Shown here piece after piece: positions 1 through 10,212 of a DNA stretch of 64,000 nucleotides. The DNA comes from a virus. Positions within the stretch are counted from its first letter, which is position 1. Every line of letters starts with the position of its first letter. The notes beneath the pieces were generated by a model. It worked only from the letters and a program-made list of their open reading frames with translations. It had not been told where the DNA came from and did not search any database. The stretch is from positions 1 through 64,000 of the IMG/VR virus record IMGVR_UViG_3300030333_008666; one strand, written 5' to 3'. Position numbers and translations under genes: made by a program.

Positions 1-3000
1 TCACCTCAAAGTTTCGCATAAAGTCTGAATGGCTGTATGTTTTATAAAAATCGTTATCAGAACTGTCGGAAATTGACGACCCTGTTAATGTTAGCCAATC
101 AGTGACGGTTGCTTGGAAGTTGCCATTCTTTTCATCAATATATGTATCCATCAATTCGCTGATTCTAAACTCTGGAACAAGGGAGAAATTTTTCCCGTGG
201 GCGCGCAAGTCTGTAATATATTCATCATACGAATCATAAAATGGTCGAGAGCCTGCACCAGACATAAACATTGAGCCGGTGCCGGTATATGGTGCAGTGC
301 CATTCATAAAAGTATACTTAGGATTAGAAGCACCATGTTTCATTGAATACGGTCTGACATATGCTGGGCCGGGGCGCAACATGTCCTTGAGCGACCCTGA
401 GTGGAAAAATACGTATTGATTCATCAACACCCCTTCTGATCCTGTGCCAAAAAGGGGCAGGCTTTGCAGGTAACCACTGCCAGGTAGACCATCGCGCGAG
501 GATGCATCAAATGGCCAAATACTCTGATTAAGCGTCGAGAAACCAAGTATGTTTGTCGCCAGAGATTCGTTTCGCTCATCGCGTGTTGGTTTCCAGAAGT
601 CGCATGCATAACTGTCTCGACCTCTGATTGTTTGCAGTGTTGCTTTGCTCTCTTTTGGCCAAACTGTCTCAGTGTAAGTTAAGTACCTGAATGCTTTGAC
701 TGGATTGTCTTTTGGTAATGGTGCCGTGGTGTTATATAGATTCAACAACATGCTGTACGCTTCTGCGCGCTCTTTCTTGAGGTTCAAGCGCTGATTTAAC
801 TCTTCTGATGTAAAGTAGCCGAGATTATTGGCATATGAGTATTCTGCAACAAGAGTTTGAACTTGGCCGTCTTCTTCGACGTCAAGCACATGTTTAAGCA
901 TGCCGCCGTCATTAATTGTGACAACAGGCTCGGTGTATTGTGATATTGTGTCTCCGCGCATGCCGACCACTTTAAGCTTTTTGCTCACGTCATTCTCGTC
1001 TGTGAAAGTTACAGTCTTTATAGTTGGAGGATCCTGAATAGAAAGTATGTTATTATTCTTTTGATATCTCACAACTGGATGATTGCCTGTTCTTACCTGC
1101 TTCCACGATGGCCATCCGTATGGGCCTTGGCGATGTTGGATAATAAAAGGAAGAATGTTCGATTGCCAATCTGTATGAGTGTTGGACCAGGCGTACATAG
1201 TGCCATCATATTTTGGCCTATATCTATTATAAAAATCCTGATGAGAAATCTGACCGTTATCTACATTTGGGTACCCTAAGAAATTTTGACTGGATGTCAT
1301 TATTTCCGATATGATCGTATTCAACCCAACAAAGTCTAGGGGCAGGACGGGATATTCAGTCGAGTCTGAGGCCTTTTTATCGGGGCCGGCGACATGTTGT
1401 CCGTTTTCGCCGCCGGCGATAAACAGATAGGCACCGCGATCACTAGCGCTTAAAAACGTGATGTCGGTAGAGGCCAAGCTGGCGTTACTGTGATCTGGTT
1501 GTGAATATTGGTATTGGGCGCTTCCGGAATAGCCCTCTATGAGACTTGCGGTAATCCATGCGTATTGCAGATCTGTTCTTGGTATTGCATGCTGGACGTA
1601 CCAATTGTCAGTGCTGGCTGTCCCATGCACTGCTGGCCCTTTGTTTGCGTGACCACCGCCTGCGTATACAATTGAGGCAGGTCCGCTATAACCTAATCGC
1701 TGCAGTGTGTTACGGTTGACTTTGTGAAAAGAGGCACTTGGTTCGTGCCACTCGCTATGATAACCAAACTGTGAAGTGTGTGCTTGGAGCAGAGACTGCA
1801 AGTGCTGTCTGACTGTTTGATTTCTCCATGGGAGTGCATTGTGCACTGCGTACTCTTCAGCTTCAACATCCAAGTAACCACGAGACATAACTTCTGCACC
1901 ACCGGGTGCGGAGAATCGATTAACAATAATTGATTTTGTTGATGTCGATGAGCGATCTGGCAAAGTGAAGTCATAAGCACCTTGAATGGTTGTTGAAGTA
2001 TGTGAACTACCTGTGATTCCATCGCTCTTAACAAAGAAGCGGTTATTTTCTCTTCGGCCGCTAGTTTGTACAATTTCGTAATTGTGACTGTAATTTCCTA
2101 AAACTGTAACCATCGTATCGCTGCCCGATATTGAACTGGTCTGTCTGATGTTACTTATATTTAATGGTCGTTTTGCTAGCCCATCGCGCGTGTGTCGCGC
2201 CATTGGTAGATGCGGGCCCGGATGGTGTAAAACGTAGTACGTGGCATCATCCGCGGTCGCCCACGCCTCTGGGCGTGTTTCGATATCATCCAGGCCGTGC
2301 CGAGAAGAAGATATATTCAAGGGTGCATGGCGATGCTGATTTCCGCCAACATGCTGATTTGTGAAGGGACCCTGCGCTGGTGTTTCATATTTTGAGCCGT
2401 ATGCGTCATGATGCACGTTTACGAACCTCATTGATTCGCCCTGACCTATTGTAAAGGCGTTGAGAGAGGCGGCCGCTGCGGAGGAACTCACAATGTTAAA
2501 TGGCACAAATCGATCCGTGTCCCAATCGTAAGTTGTATTTTCAGCATGCGGGTCTAAGGGCGGAAATATGGCAACCCAGTTGTTTAAAAATTTCCTATCT
2601 TTTTCAAAATCCGCACGAAGGGGGCCGCGTTGAGAATCTGCTGGTGCACGGTCATCATAGCACGAGGCAGACTGAAACGTTTGATTAGATATCCAAACCG
2701 AATGCCGGTTAGCGAGCGCGGTGGGATTAGGAAGGCCCTTAATTTGAATGTTCTCTTTAAAGAACAGTGGGTTCTTTTTATTATCAAAGTTCGTGCCGCC
2801 GTGGATCTGGCGTGTCTTTTCAACTCGAAAGCGATGTGGTTTTGAGAATCTTCGCAGCGCGTATGTTGAACCCGAAACCGTCGTTGTTGTGTAAGATTCT
2901 AGCACCCTTGCCTTGTTGCCATCCAACACGGCATTGCCTGAAGAGAGCTTGTCGCCGTCGTTTCGCTCGGAGCGTTCTTTCCACCAGAGACAATTTCGAT

Positions 3001-6000
3001 CTTGTTCACCTTTAGTTAAACCGGACAAAGGAGCGTGACCGTCGCGCCAGTTATAGAGCAACTCATTAATGCCGAACAGGCTTGTTTCGGGGTCATCTTT
3101 TTTCATCTCCATTGTTGGAAACTTATTCTGATATTTGTTGCGCTCAAGCACATGACTCTCGATCATCGTTCGAAGCTCGCCTGAGTGGGTGGCGCTAGCG
3201 GGGAATAGTTGCAGCAACATTGTTCCCAATGCATTATCAAACCACTTGTAATATTCAATATACTTTTCTAAATCCGGCGTGTTTTCGACCGACTCATAGA
3301 ACAATTGGCGCAATTTAGCCATTTCTTTGTAGTCTTGGCGATATCGATAGACCGGCTCACCAATTAGATTGTTAAAATCAACGATTGTGGCAAAGAAATT
3401 TATCATCTCTTCTGATATCGACTGGTACATGCTCTTCTCAATTGAAAAGAAATATTTAACTGGGCGAGTGTCTTTTGTGAATATTGTGTCACGGTCAGTT
3501 GTGATGCTGACCAATTCACTAGAGTTCATAACTTCCGGCAAGAGCTGCTTTGCAGTGTATATAAAGTCGCGACTGACAGAGTTCTTTTTGTTTGCCAGGA
3601 ATCCGTCGCCGCGGCCGGTGTGATGCCTTTTTGTTACCTCGCTAAGCCAGCCATAGCGACTAGTCATCGCAGAGGATCCGGATGAGACATCTGGAACATA
3701 AAACTGACCCGAGGTATTAGAGCCTGTAACCACTTCAAAATCCCAATTTAAAGCAAGTGTTTCAATCTTTGGCACGTTTGTGGTGATTTGATCGTTCTCA
3801 TAGAAATATGTATTTTGATACGGATGACGCACGCCAATATTTGCAGGATCTTTCGAGTGTGCACGAAGCTCATCGTCTTCTAACTTAGAAAGCCAGGCAC
3901 GTGCGCTACCAATCCGAACGTCACACTGGGTCAGCGTCGATCCAGTAAAATTAGTCTTGTGGGCGCCGACATACATTCGTTTGTGTGTTTTAAGGAACGT
4001 TACAGCTTGGGCGTGTGTGATTGTTCCAGAGACTGCAAATTCCTCTTCAATTGTGTCTAGTTTTGTCGTTAAGCCCTGAAATTCGACAGTGTATGTTGCG
4101 CCAGAACCAGAAGTAAAGGGCACTTCATCTGCCCATGGGTGCCTCGTTGGATACAGCTTTATGGCAAAGTTCCACTTCTTGTTGTTGTACACATCGTAGA
4201 AAACACTACTGGTCAACGAAGGAAGGATGCCGTTGGAGCTAGTTAAAATAAATTTGGCATCTGCGGCGGTCGCATTGGCAGCGTGTGATCCGGCCGGTAT
4301 GCTCCGCACCGCATACACTTGAAAGTTTGCGGAGTCTGTCGAGTGCCACGTTAAATCATGCTGGTCGGAAGTTTGTTTTGGTGTGTGCATTCCGAAGAGC
4401 GAAGAAGAAAGCGTTGGAAAATTCGATCTAGAACCGGTTGATTGCAGTGCACGTGCTTTTGGGAAATATATTTCAGCTTCGTAAGTGTGGGCCAAACCAG
4501 AGTCTGACTGCTCTTCTAGTGCACCTGAGATATACGATATGGAATACGGATCCAAGCTGGAGGTGTATTGATAAACCGACCCATTCCATCGGTCCACATG
4601 AGCGAGATCTACATATGTTCGCCTTGTAACAGTTTGATTATATGTGTCCTCCAACTTATAAGTTGCATTATCTGCATAAAGATTGATTTTTATTAACTCA
4701 TCATCGATTCCAAAACAGCGAATGAAGTTTCGCATTGAGTTTTCAGTACCCTTAGTCTTGAAGATATACGTTAGATTATTGTAAATGTTCTTGTATATTA
4801 AGTTCTTAACATCACTCAGTTTTTCTTTATAGTTTTCTATCTCCGACCTTGATCGAATCTCTTCCAAAGTGGTAGCTTCAGTGAAAATATCTTCGGTAAT
4901 GAACCCCATCGAGCTTAAGAGCTGTTTAGAAAACGGCAGCGGTTTTTGAGAAGCTGAAATATAAGATGTGTTTTTTATTGAAGGTAAAGCGCCGATCTGC
5001 ACGTGTAACGTATCCAAATAGCTGGCCATTGTTTGCGTCAATCTAATCAACTCACCTTTTCCACCACCGTTGTTTTCTTCGCCCTCTAGTATCCAAGCTG
5101 GAAGGCTATGATATAAAGAGCCGGCGTTTGAGTGATCGTGGATTTTTCCGCGAGCCATCGAAGAGGTGAGATAAGAATTTACGTCCGGATGGGACGCATA
5201 AAGGATTGGATCTTTAAACTCTGAAAGAGAAGCTGTGGCTTCCACTATAGCAGAATTCGTACTTCTAGAAGACGTGGAATACCCAGTCCACGTTCCGTTA
5301 GATATACGACCAGAGTAGTCCAAGACCGAACTGTCAATTGTGCTATCACCGGTAACACCCTCGTTAAATTTATAATAAACGCCTAGTTTTGTATTTGCAT
5401 CATCAGTGTTTGTTCCGGCGCCGATTTGTGTAAACCAGTGTCGGCCGATCTCTTTTGCCGTGCGTTCTGTCTTCCAAAAGCGAAATTCATCAATAGATCC
5501 AGAAAGTTTGCCGTATCCGTCAATTTTTGCGGAAGATCCCAAGCCCGCTGTTTCGGCGCGAGTAAGAGAGGGTCGTCGAGCGGCGCCGATATTAGCGACC
5601 AAGGACCCAGTGATTTCATTTGTTGTTGTGTCTGCGGATTGGCCAACATACACGCCGTCTTTGTAAAATTTTGAAACTAAATTAGAGCCGTCGTTTTTAA
5701 AGCTCACAGCCAGGTGATGCCATTGGTCATCCAATGATATAAAACCTGAAGGGGAAAGGCATACGTTATATACAGACCCCGAAGAGAGGTATACACCCAT
5801 GAAGCCCGGAGCGGCAGACAGGTGCACCATATTCATTCGACCATAGGCGCCGGCCGTGTCATCACCATTCCAAACGTCAAAAATTGTCTCTAGGAATGAT
5901 TCGCCGGTACTCAATGCGGCGGCTTTCTTTAACCAGAACTCAATTGTAACACCCTCGTTAAAATCCATGGCCAAATTATTTGTGCGATTTTTATCAGCGT

Positions 6001-6502
6001 CATAAATATTTGCATATCCGCTCTTCCAGGTACCAGACGTGTCTTTAATGTCCTTGTATTGATTTCGAGTTGAAGTGTGTGGGCCCCCTTGAAACTGGAT
6101 ATATTCGGGTGAGTCGGATAGGCCGAAATTGTTAACCTGAGAGCCGACAATTGTTCCCCATCCAGTTGGTGAAAAAAGTGCATACCCGTTTGTGCGCGGA
6201 TATTCGTTATCGAAGATATGGTTGTCTAGAAAAGAAGAGCTATTGTGCCACGCTGCTTTTTCATAAAGCGAGCCATCATATGGATATGTTTGGTAAATTC
6301 TCTTGATTGAATCTTCATAATACTGTTCGGCCGATCCAAACTTTGCGAAATTTTCCGGTTTTGAGAAGTCAATCTGAGGTATAAATCGGTTTGCATCGCG
6401 TAATTCTGCTTCAACGTGCTTTGTAGATTCAACATCTTCGCTAGCTTCGAAATTGCCAAGTTTTTGAAATTTGCCAGATTCGAAAAGTTTTTTAATGGTC
6501 AT
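1..6502 (-). CDS. Very large virion structural protein with LamG/concanavalin-A-like domain(s), 3'-partial (>2,167 aa; runs off the window)
   Basis: ATG at 6502-6500 (MTIKKLFESGKFQK...), just after the stop of 6508..7983. Spot translations read VTIEFWLK, DDQWHHLAVSFKNDG and GKLSGSIDEFRFWK (LamG motifs). The same frame gives GNYSHNYEIVQTSGRRENN at ~2.07 kb and FYKTYSHSDFMRNFEV at the window edge. Its absence from the ORF track fits having no in-window stop; I did not check every codon. Confidence 0.85.
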   Translation of the reverse strand, partial: MTIKKLFESGKFQKLGNFEASEDVESTKHVEAELRDANRFIPQIDFSKPENFAKFGSAEQYYEDSIKRIYQTYPYDGSLYEKAAWHNSSSFLDNHIFDNEYPRTNGYALFSPTGWGTIVGSQVNNFGLSDSPEYIQFQGGPHTSTRNQYKDIKDTSGTWKSGYANIYDADKNRTNNLAMDFNEGVTIEFWLKKAAALSTGESFLETIFDVWNGDDTAGAYGRMNMVHLSAAPGFMGVYLSSGSVYNVCLSPSGFISLDDQWHHLAVSFKNDGSNLVSKFYKDGVYVGQSADTTTNEITGSLVANIGAARRPSLTRAETAGLGSSAKIDGYGKLSGSIDEFRFWKTERTAKEIGRHWFTQIGAGTNTDDANTKLGVYYKFNEGVTGDSTIDSSVLDYSGRISNGTWTGYSTSSRSTNSAIVEATASLSEFKDPILYASHPDVNSYLTSSMARGKIHDHSNAGSLYHSLPAWILEGEENNGGGKGELIRLTQTMASYLDTLHVQIGALPSIKNTSYISASQKPLPFSKQLLSSMGFITEDIFTEATTLEEIRSRSEIENYKEKLSDVKNLIYKNIYNNLTYIFKTKGTENSMRNFIRCFGIDDELIKINLYADNATYKLEDTYNQTVTRRTYVDLAHVDRWNGSVYQYTSSLDPYSISYISGALEEQSDSGLAHTYEAEIYFPKARALQSTGSRSNFPTLSSSLFGMHTPKQTSDQHDLTWHSTDSANFQVYAVRSIPAGSHAANATAADAKFILTSSNGILPSLTSSVFYDVYNNKKWNFAIKLYPTRHPWADEVPFTSGSGATYTVEFQGLTTKLDTIEEEFAVSGTITHAQAVTFLKTHKRMYVGAHKTNFTGSTLTQCDVRIGSARAWLSKLEDDELRAHSKDPANIGVRHPYQNTYFYENDQITTNVPKIETLALNWDFEVVTGSNTSGQFYVPDVSSGSSAMTSRYGWLSEVTKRHHTGRGDGFLANKKNSVSRDFIYTAKQLLPEVMNSSELVSITTDRDTIFTKDTRPVKYFFSIEKSMYQSISEEMINFFATIVDFNNLIGEPVYRYRQDYKEMAKLRQLFYESVENTPDLEKYIEYYKWFDNALGTMLLQLFPASATHSGELRTMIESHVLERNKYQNKFPTMEMKKDDPETSLFGINELLYNWRDGHAPLSGLTKGEQDRNCLWWKERSERNDGDKLSSGNAVLDGNKARVLESYTTTTVSGSTYALRRFSKPHRFRVEKTRQIHGGTNFDNKKNPLFFKENIQIKGLPNPTALANRHSVWISNQTFQSASCYDDRAPADSQRGPLRADFEKDRKFLNNWVAIFPPLDPHAENTTYDWDTDRFVPFNIVSSSAAAASLNAFTIGQGESMRFVNVHHDAYGSKYETPAQGPFTNQHVGGNQHRHAPLNISSSRHGLDDIETRPEAWATADDATYYVLHHPGPHLPMARHTRDGLAKRPLNISNIRQTSSISGSDTMVTVLGNYSHNYEIVQTSGRRENNRFFVKSDGITGSSHTSTTIQGAYDFTLPDRSSTSTKSIIVNRFSAPGGAEVMSRGYLDVEAEEYAVHNALPWRNQTVRQHLQSLLQAHTSQFGYHSEWHEPSASFHKVNRNTLQRLGYSGPASIVYAGGGHANKGPAVHGTASTDNWYVQHAIPRTDLQYAWITASLIEGYSGSAQYQYSQPDHSNASLASTDITFLSASDRGAYLFIAGGENGQHVAGPDKKASDSTEYPVLPLDFVGLNTIISEIMTSSQNFLGYPNVDNGQISHQDFYNRYRPKYDGTMYAWSNTHTDWQSNILPFIIQHRQGPYGWPSWKQVRTGNHPVVRYQKNNNILSIQDPPTIKTVTFTDENDVSKKLKVVGMRGDTISQYTEPVVTINDGGMLKHVLDVEEDGQVQTLVAEYSYANNLGYFTSEELNQRLNLKKERAEAYSMLLNLYNTTAPLPKDNPVKAFRYLTYTETVWPKESKATLQTIRGRDSYACDFWKPTRDERNESLATNILGFSTLNQSIWPFDASSRDGLPGSGYLQSLPLFGTGSEGVLMNQYVFFHSGSLKDMLRPGPAYVRPYSMKHGASNPKYTFMNGTAPYTGTGSMFMSGAGSRPFYDSYDEYITDLRAHGKNFSLVPEFRISELMDTYIDEKNGNFQATVTDWLTLTGSSISDSSDNDFYKTYSHSDFMRNFEV

Positions 6503-6507
6503 TGGTT

Positions 6508-7983
6508 TTACTCTACCCTAAACTTAAATTCTTCAGACTGTTCCCAATATTTGCTATTAATGCTGTACAGCAACTTAATACCATACGCGTATCCCGCTTC
6601 TAACATTGACATATCTAAGTCAAAATAGCTTCCAGAGACATCATAAGAAAGGCGAGTGTGATTTAAACTTCCCGTTCCATAGCCGATAATCTCCTTATCA
6701 TCAACAATTCTAAAAATTTTAAAAAACGCATCATCCACAATATCAACCGGTATTTCAGTGGAAGACTTAGTGTAAATAGTTGGATTCCATTGTTTTTTTC
6801 GCGTGAATATTCGGAATCTTGCACTCTCTTGGCGTGAATAAGCCGACTTTAAATTTGTTATACTAGAGACGTAATCGGAATGGGGGCGAGTGTCGCCTAT
6901 TCCTTTGTTGTCGACAACGAACGAGCTTGTGTGCAAGACCCCTTCAATGGTGCCACCACCACCGCCGCCGCCAGTGTTCGAACCACTATACCAACGATCA
7001 TAAACAACGCTAGCGGTCGTACTAAGTGCAAATGAAGCCGAATATACTCCAGTTGAGACGAACCCGCCTGTCACTGCGTTTTCACAAACAACCAAGGCTC
7101 CGGCGCCGGTCGGAGTAAGCACTTCGCCATTTGCACCAGAGGTATATAATTTAACATATATGTTTCCTGTGCCTATGCTGGGAATGTTTTTTAACTGCCC
7201 GTTAATGTTATTGTAAAGATAAAGTGTGTTTAGGTTATCGGCCGGCGTGGCTAATGAACTACTGACAAAGAAATTGCCGCGGTTGTCCTTTTCCGAGCTA
7301 TCCCAGCGCGCTTCAAGTGTGGGGCGTTTAAAGAAATATTCACTGCCTCTCGCGAAGAAACGTTTTGTGTAATAAGATCTTGTCTCTGTTTCGTGGCTGC
7401 CGGATAATTTAACTCCAAACCCATAATTATTCTTCGTGCCGGCCAACCACTGCTCGACCAGGTGAGTTACGTCAACCTCAAGATCTTCCACGCCGGTTTC
7501 AAAGTCAACATCAAACGATGAAGATGAGTCGACCCAGTAATCTCCACCCTCGGCGGTCCACAGGACAGGCCCTGCGGCGCCGCTGCTAGCAGTTACCCAG
7601 TTGGCATTGTCTAAATCGGTATATCCCTCCATATCCAAGCCTAGGCCCTCTCTCCACGAGCGAGACACAGCGGTGACTGTCATGGTGAAATTTGTTGGCG
7701 TTGTTTGTGCATGTTCTGCGTTAAAGAGACGCAAGTAAAAACTAACGCTGCCGCTAGCCGGAATATAATCGCTGGCGCGATCCGAGGCGATATCTGTTGT
7801 CGAGAATTGAACCAGGGAACGTGCAGCTTCCGCAGAACCTGACGCTGCCTGCGCATAGATAGAAAACACTTCCATTGTATCAGAAGCACCCATGTTCCCG
7901 TCTGTGCCGCGAGTGATCATATCAGCCTTATATGCATTGGTGATTGTTGTGTCTGCGGTTGCGGTATATCTCTTAATGGCCAT
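6508..7983 (-). CDS. Phage virion structural protein (DNRLRE-like beta-sandwich N-terminal domain), 491 aa
   Basis: ADTTI...GASDTMEVF...ARSLVQF...LRLF...W.EG.G...DVTHLVEQWL...NNYGFGVK...RPTLEARWD pattern. Ser/Thr/Gly-rich with a poly-Gly stretch. Lies between baseplate and tail genes. Confidence 0.7.
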   Translation of the reverse strand: MAIKRYTATADTTITNAYKADMITRGTDGNMGASDTMEVFSIYAQAASGSAEAARSLVQFSTTDIASDRASDYIPASGSVSFYLRLFNAEHAQTTPTNFTMTVTAVSRSWREGLGLDMEGYTDLDNANWVTASSGAAGPVLWTAEGGDYWVDSSSSFDVDFETGVEDLEVDVTHLVEQWLAGTKNNYGFGVKLSGSHETETRSYYTKRFFARGSEYFFKRPTLEARWDSSEKDNRGNFFVSSSLATPADNLNTLYLYNNINGQLKNIPSIGTGNIYVKLYTSGANGEVLTPTGAGALVVCENAVTGGFVSTGVYSASFALSTTASVVYDRWYSGSNTGGGGGGGTIEGVLHTSSFVVDNKGIGDTRPHSDYVSSITNLKSAYSRQESARFRIFTRKKQWNPTIYTKSSTEIPVDIVDDAFFKIFRIVDDKEIIGYGTGSLNHTRLSYDVSGSYFDLDMSMLEAGYAYGIKLLYSINSKYWEQSEEFKFRVE

Positions 7984-9779
7984 TACTTAATCACCCCTTT
8001 AATATCTTCCAGAGGATTTAAAATCTCAAAAATAATATCTTCGGACGCATAAATATACCTGCCATCAGGAGACGTTTGCTCTCTGATATCATAAGCAACA
8101 TCTGAATAACTGCCGCCGGTTTTATTATTGACATTGACAAAAGTTGTGTCTGTGACCCCTTCAACACCGTTTATTATTCTGTAAATCTCAGTTATAGAGA
8201 AAGCTTCTCCAATTTCTGCTTTTTTTGCAAAATGTTCATCTAACACAAGCATGATTTGGGATAACACGTGTTGTTTTGTGTAACCAACATCGGCCATGGC
8301 CGTGAATTCGATACCTAAGTTAACAATTTTAGCATCGAGTATATCGATAGAGTCATTAATCATTCTGTAGCCATTTAACCAGGTTGCCAAATTGCTTTTT
8401 ATTGTAGTGTGTGCAGATGTTAGATTCCCAAATGAATCCTCAGAGGTAATATACATATTTAAATTTCTACGAAGAGCGTCATGATCTTGCACGATGGCGC
8501 ATCTTTTTATCGCCCCAAATTGTGCCGGCAGGGCATATGCCAGCATCTTATAATCCTGGCTTGTCACTGCGCGGTTTTGTGTCGAGAATGTGCCGGCAAC
8601 ACGGTGTTTAAGCTCATCCAAAGTCGGGAAAGAAACATCGCCGACAATTGGCTCTGCGTTCATGACCTCCAGGCTGTCTATGACATCGGCAGTTTTTTGT
8701 CCATTTGTTGCATCATCTGGAAATAAGAAGATTGGTGAAACAACTTCGACCAGCGAGCCGGCGCTAGCATTAACATTGTTTCTTGTGTTTGTTCTCATTG
8801 TGATTGTGAGTGTTGTGTTGGCTGGCGATATGCCAAACTTGTCTGACTGTACCAACTTAGATGGATCTAAACTAACTTCCGGAGTATAGCTTTTTCCATG
8901 CTTCTTCATTATCACAGTTTGAGGATTTTCAATTGATTCTGACTCTATTTCTGTTTCTGACCCGTAGCCAAACTGCAAGAACGTTTCGGGCCCATTCCGT
9001 TCGACAACGAATCGACGAGGAACAGTTGTGGCTTTTAATAGAGACCGCGGCTCTAGCGATGTGGTCTTTTTTCTGTTTAAGACCGGCTGATAAACGGTAT
9101 TCTGCGATAAGTACTCAACTTCAAAGTATTCATGCCCCTCGCTATCAAAGACACTGATCACCTCGGCAACATTGTTACCTGGAAGTGGTACCTTGAGGAA
9201 GCGCTCGAAGGCGCCAACGGTAGGCTGTGTTGTGAGAATCTCACCAGACATGACTTGTCCGTAGGCACGCACCGCATAATATGTCGGCACCCCGGACGAG
9301 TCCTGCGCGGCGACGACAATCTCATTGTTACTATTTGAAAAATCTACATCCTCTGTTAACAAAAAACGATTTCCGGAAGTCGTGCTAAATGCAGAACCCC
9401 TACGGAGCGTTGGTAAGTAATCTGTATCTGGGCTTTGGCCTGTGACACCTGTTGGCGCCACGATGTAAAATGTTGCTGTTCCAAAAGATGACGGCGATGG
9501 GTTGTGTTTATATCCCGTCTGCTTAGCCAGCTTAAGAACATTGTTGTACTCCGTGGCTGTTTCTAAGAAAGATTCGTTCGCTTGGTAGTCGAGGTAAAAA
9601 GAAAGTATATCCCCAACATACGCAACCGTATCCAACATGAGCGAACCAAAAGAAGCTTCATTAAAGTCTTTAAAAGAGTTTGGATAGTAACGACGAGCGT
9701 GCTCAACTAAATCTGACTTTATGGATTCAAAGTCGCGACTCGTATATCGAATTGGGACGTTTTTAATTTTCTTTGTCAT
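7983..9779 (-). CDS. Baseplate wedge protein (T4 gp6 / baseplate J-like), 598 aa
   Basis: RDFESIKSDL...DFNEASFGSLMLDTVAYVGDILSFYLDYQANESFLETA and QNRAVTSQDY motifs typical of gp6/J. Adjacent to a gp25-like gene. Confidence 0.9.
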   Translation of the reverse strand: MTKKIKNVPIRYTSRDFESIKSDLVEHARRYYPNSFKDFNEASFGSLMLDTVAYVGDILSFYLDYQANESFLETATEYNNVLKLAKQTGYKHNPSPSSFGTATFYIVAPTGVTGQSPDTDYLPTLRRGSAFSTTSGNRFLLTEDVDFSNSNNEIVVAAQDSSGVPTYYAVRAYGQVMSGEILTTQPTVGAFERFLKVPLPGNNVAEVISVFDSEGHEYFEVEYLSQNTVYQPVLNRKKTTSLEPRSLLKATTVPRRFVVERNGPETFLQFGYGSETEIESESIENPQTVIMKKHGKSYTPEVSLDPSKLVQSDKFGISPANTTLTITMRTNTRNNVNASAGSLVEVVSPIFLFPDDATNGQKTADVIDSLEVMNAEPIVGDVSFPTLDELKHRVAGTFSTQNRAVTSQDYKMLAYALPAQFGAIKRCAIVQDHDALRRNLNMYITSEDSFGNLTSAHTTIKSNLATWLNGYRMINDSIDILDAKIVNLGIEFTAMADVGYTKQHVLSQIMLVLDEHFAKKAEIGEAFSITEIYRIINGVEGVTDTTFVNVNNKTGGSYSDVAYDIREQTSPDGRYIYASEDIIFEILNPLEDIKGVIK

Positions 9780-9801
9780 ACAATTGTGTTTCCTTATAGA
9801 A

Positions 9802-9808
9802 TAATTAG
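9802..9808 (-). promoter_or_regulatory. Candidate phage late-promoter element CTAATTA
   Basis: Lies 23 nt upstream of the wedge gene ATG, ahead of an AAGGA RBS. The CTAHTTA motif recurs at 59075, 60440 and 63004. Confidence 0.5.
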
Positions 9809-9822
9809 CTAATTCTTAATAT

Positions 9823-10209
9823 TTAAGCACTCACAGCAAGGACATTTACAATATTAAGTGGAATTATGCGATAACTTATTACTATTCTTAAAGAAATCGC
9901 AGTTGCAGTATGGGCTCTCGTGTCTTCATTGTTAGCAATCTCAACCCTCTGGATTTCAATGAAGGGCATGTATGCGTCGACCTGGGCCATGATTTTTTGA
10001 ATTATCTCATCCCTCAATAGTGGCGTGTAATTCTCAAACAAATAATTTCGGAGACCAACCCCAAACGACGGATCCATCACTCGCTCACCGGGTGCGGTCA
10101 GCACCAAATTTTTAAAATTTTGAGCAGCTGCATCAGCGTGATTCTGATTTAAAGTGTGACCACCGTCTGGAGACATTGACAATGGGAGCTTTGGTGAAAT
10201 ACCTATCAT
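9823..10209 (-). CDS. Baseplate wedge protein gp25/GPW-like, 128 aa
   Basis: QNFKNLVLTAPGERVMDPSFGVGLRNYLFE is the gp25/GPW signature. Confidence 0.92.
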   Translation of the reverse strand: MIGISPKLPLSMSPDGGHTLNQNHADAAAQNFKNLVLTAPGERVMDPSFGVGLRNYLFENYTPLLRDEIIQKIMAQVDAYMPFIEIQRVEIANNEDTRAHTATAISLRIVISYRIIPLNIVNVLAVSA

Positions 10210-10212
10210 TTT

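Noticed and set aside
424-6628. Short track ORFs in the first 6.6 kb, and plus-strand ORFs throughout the window other than 55413..56207
   Set aside because: They are shadow frames of long minus-strand genes and show no recognisable motifs.
6950-6975. CCA/CCG run encoding poly-Gly as a contingency repeat
   Set aside because: Mixed codons in an in-frame flexible linker, not a slippage-prone tract.
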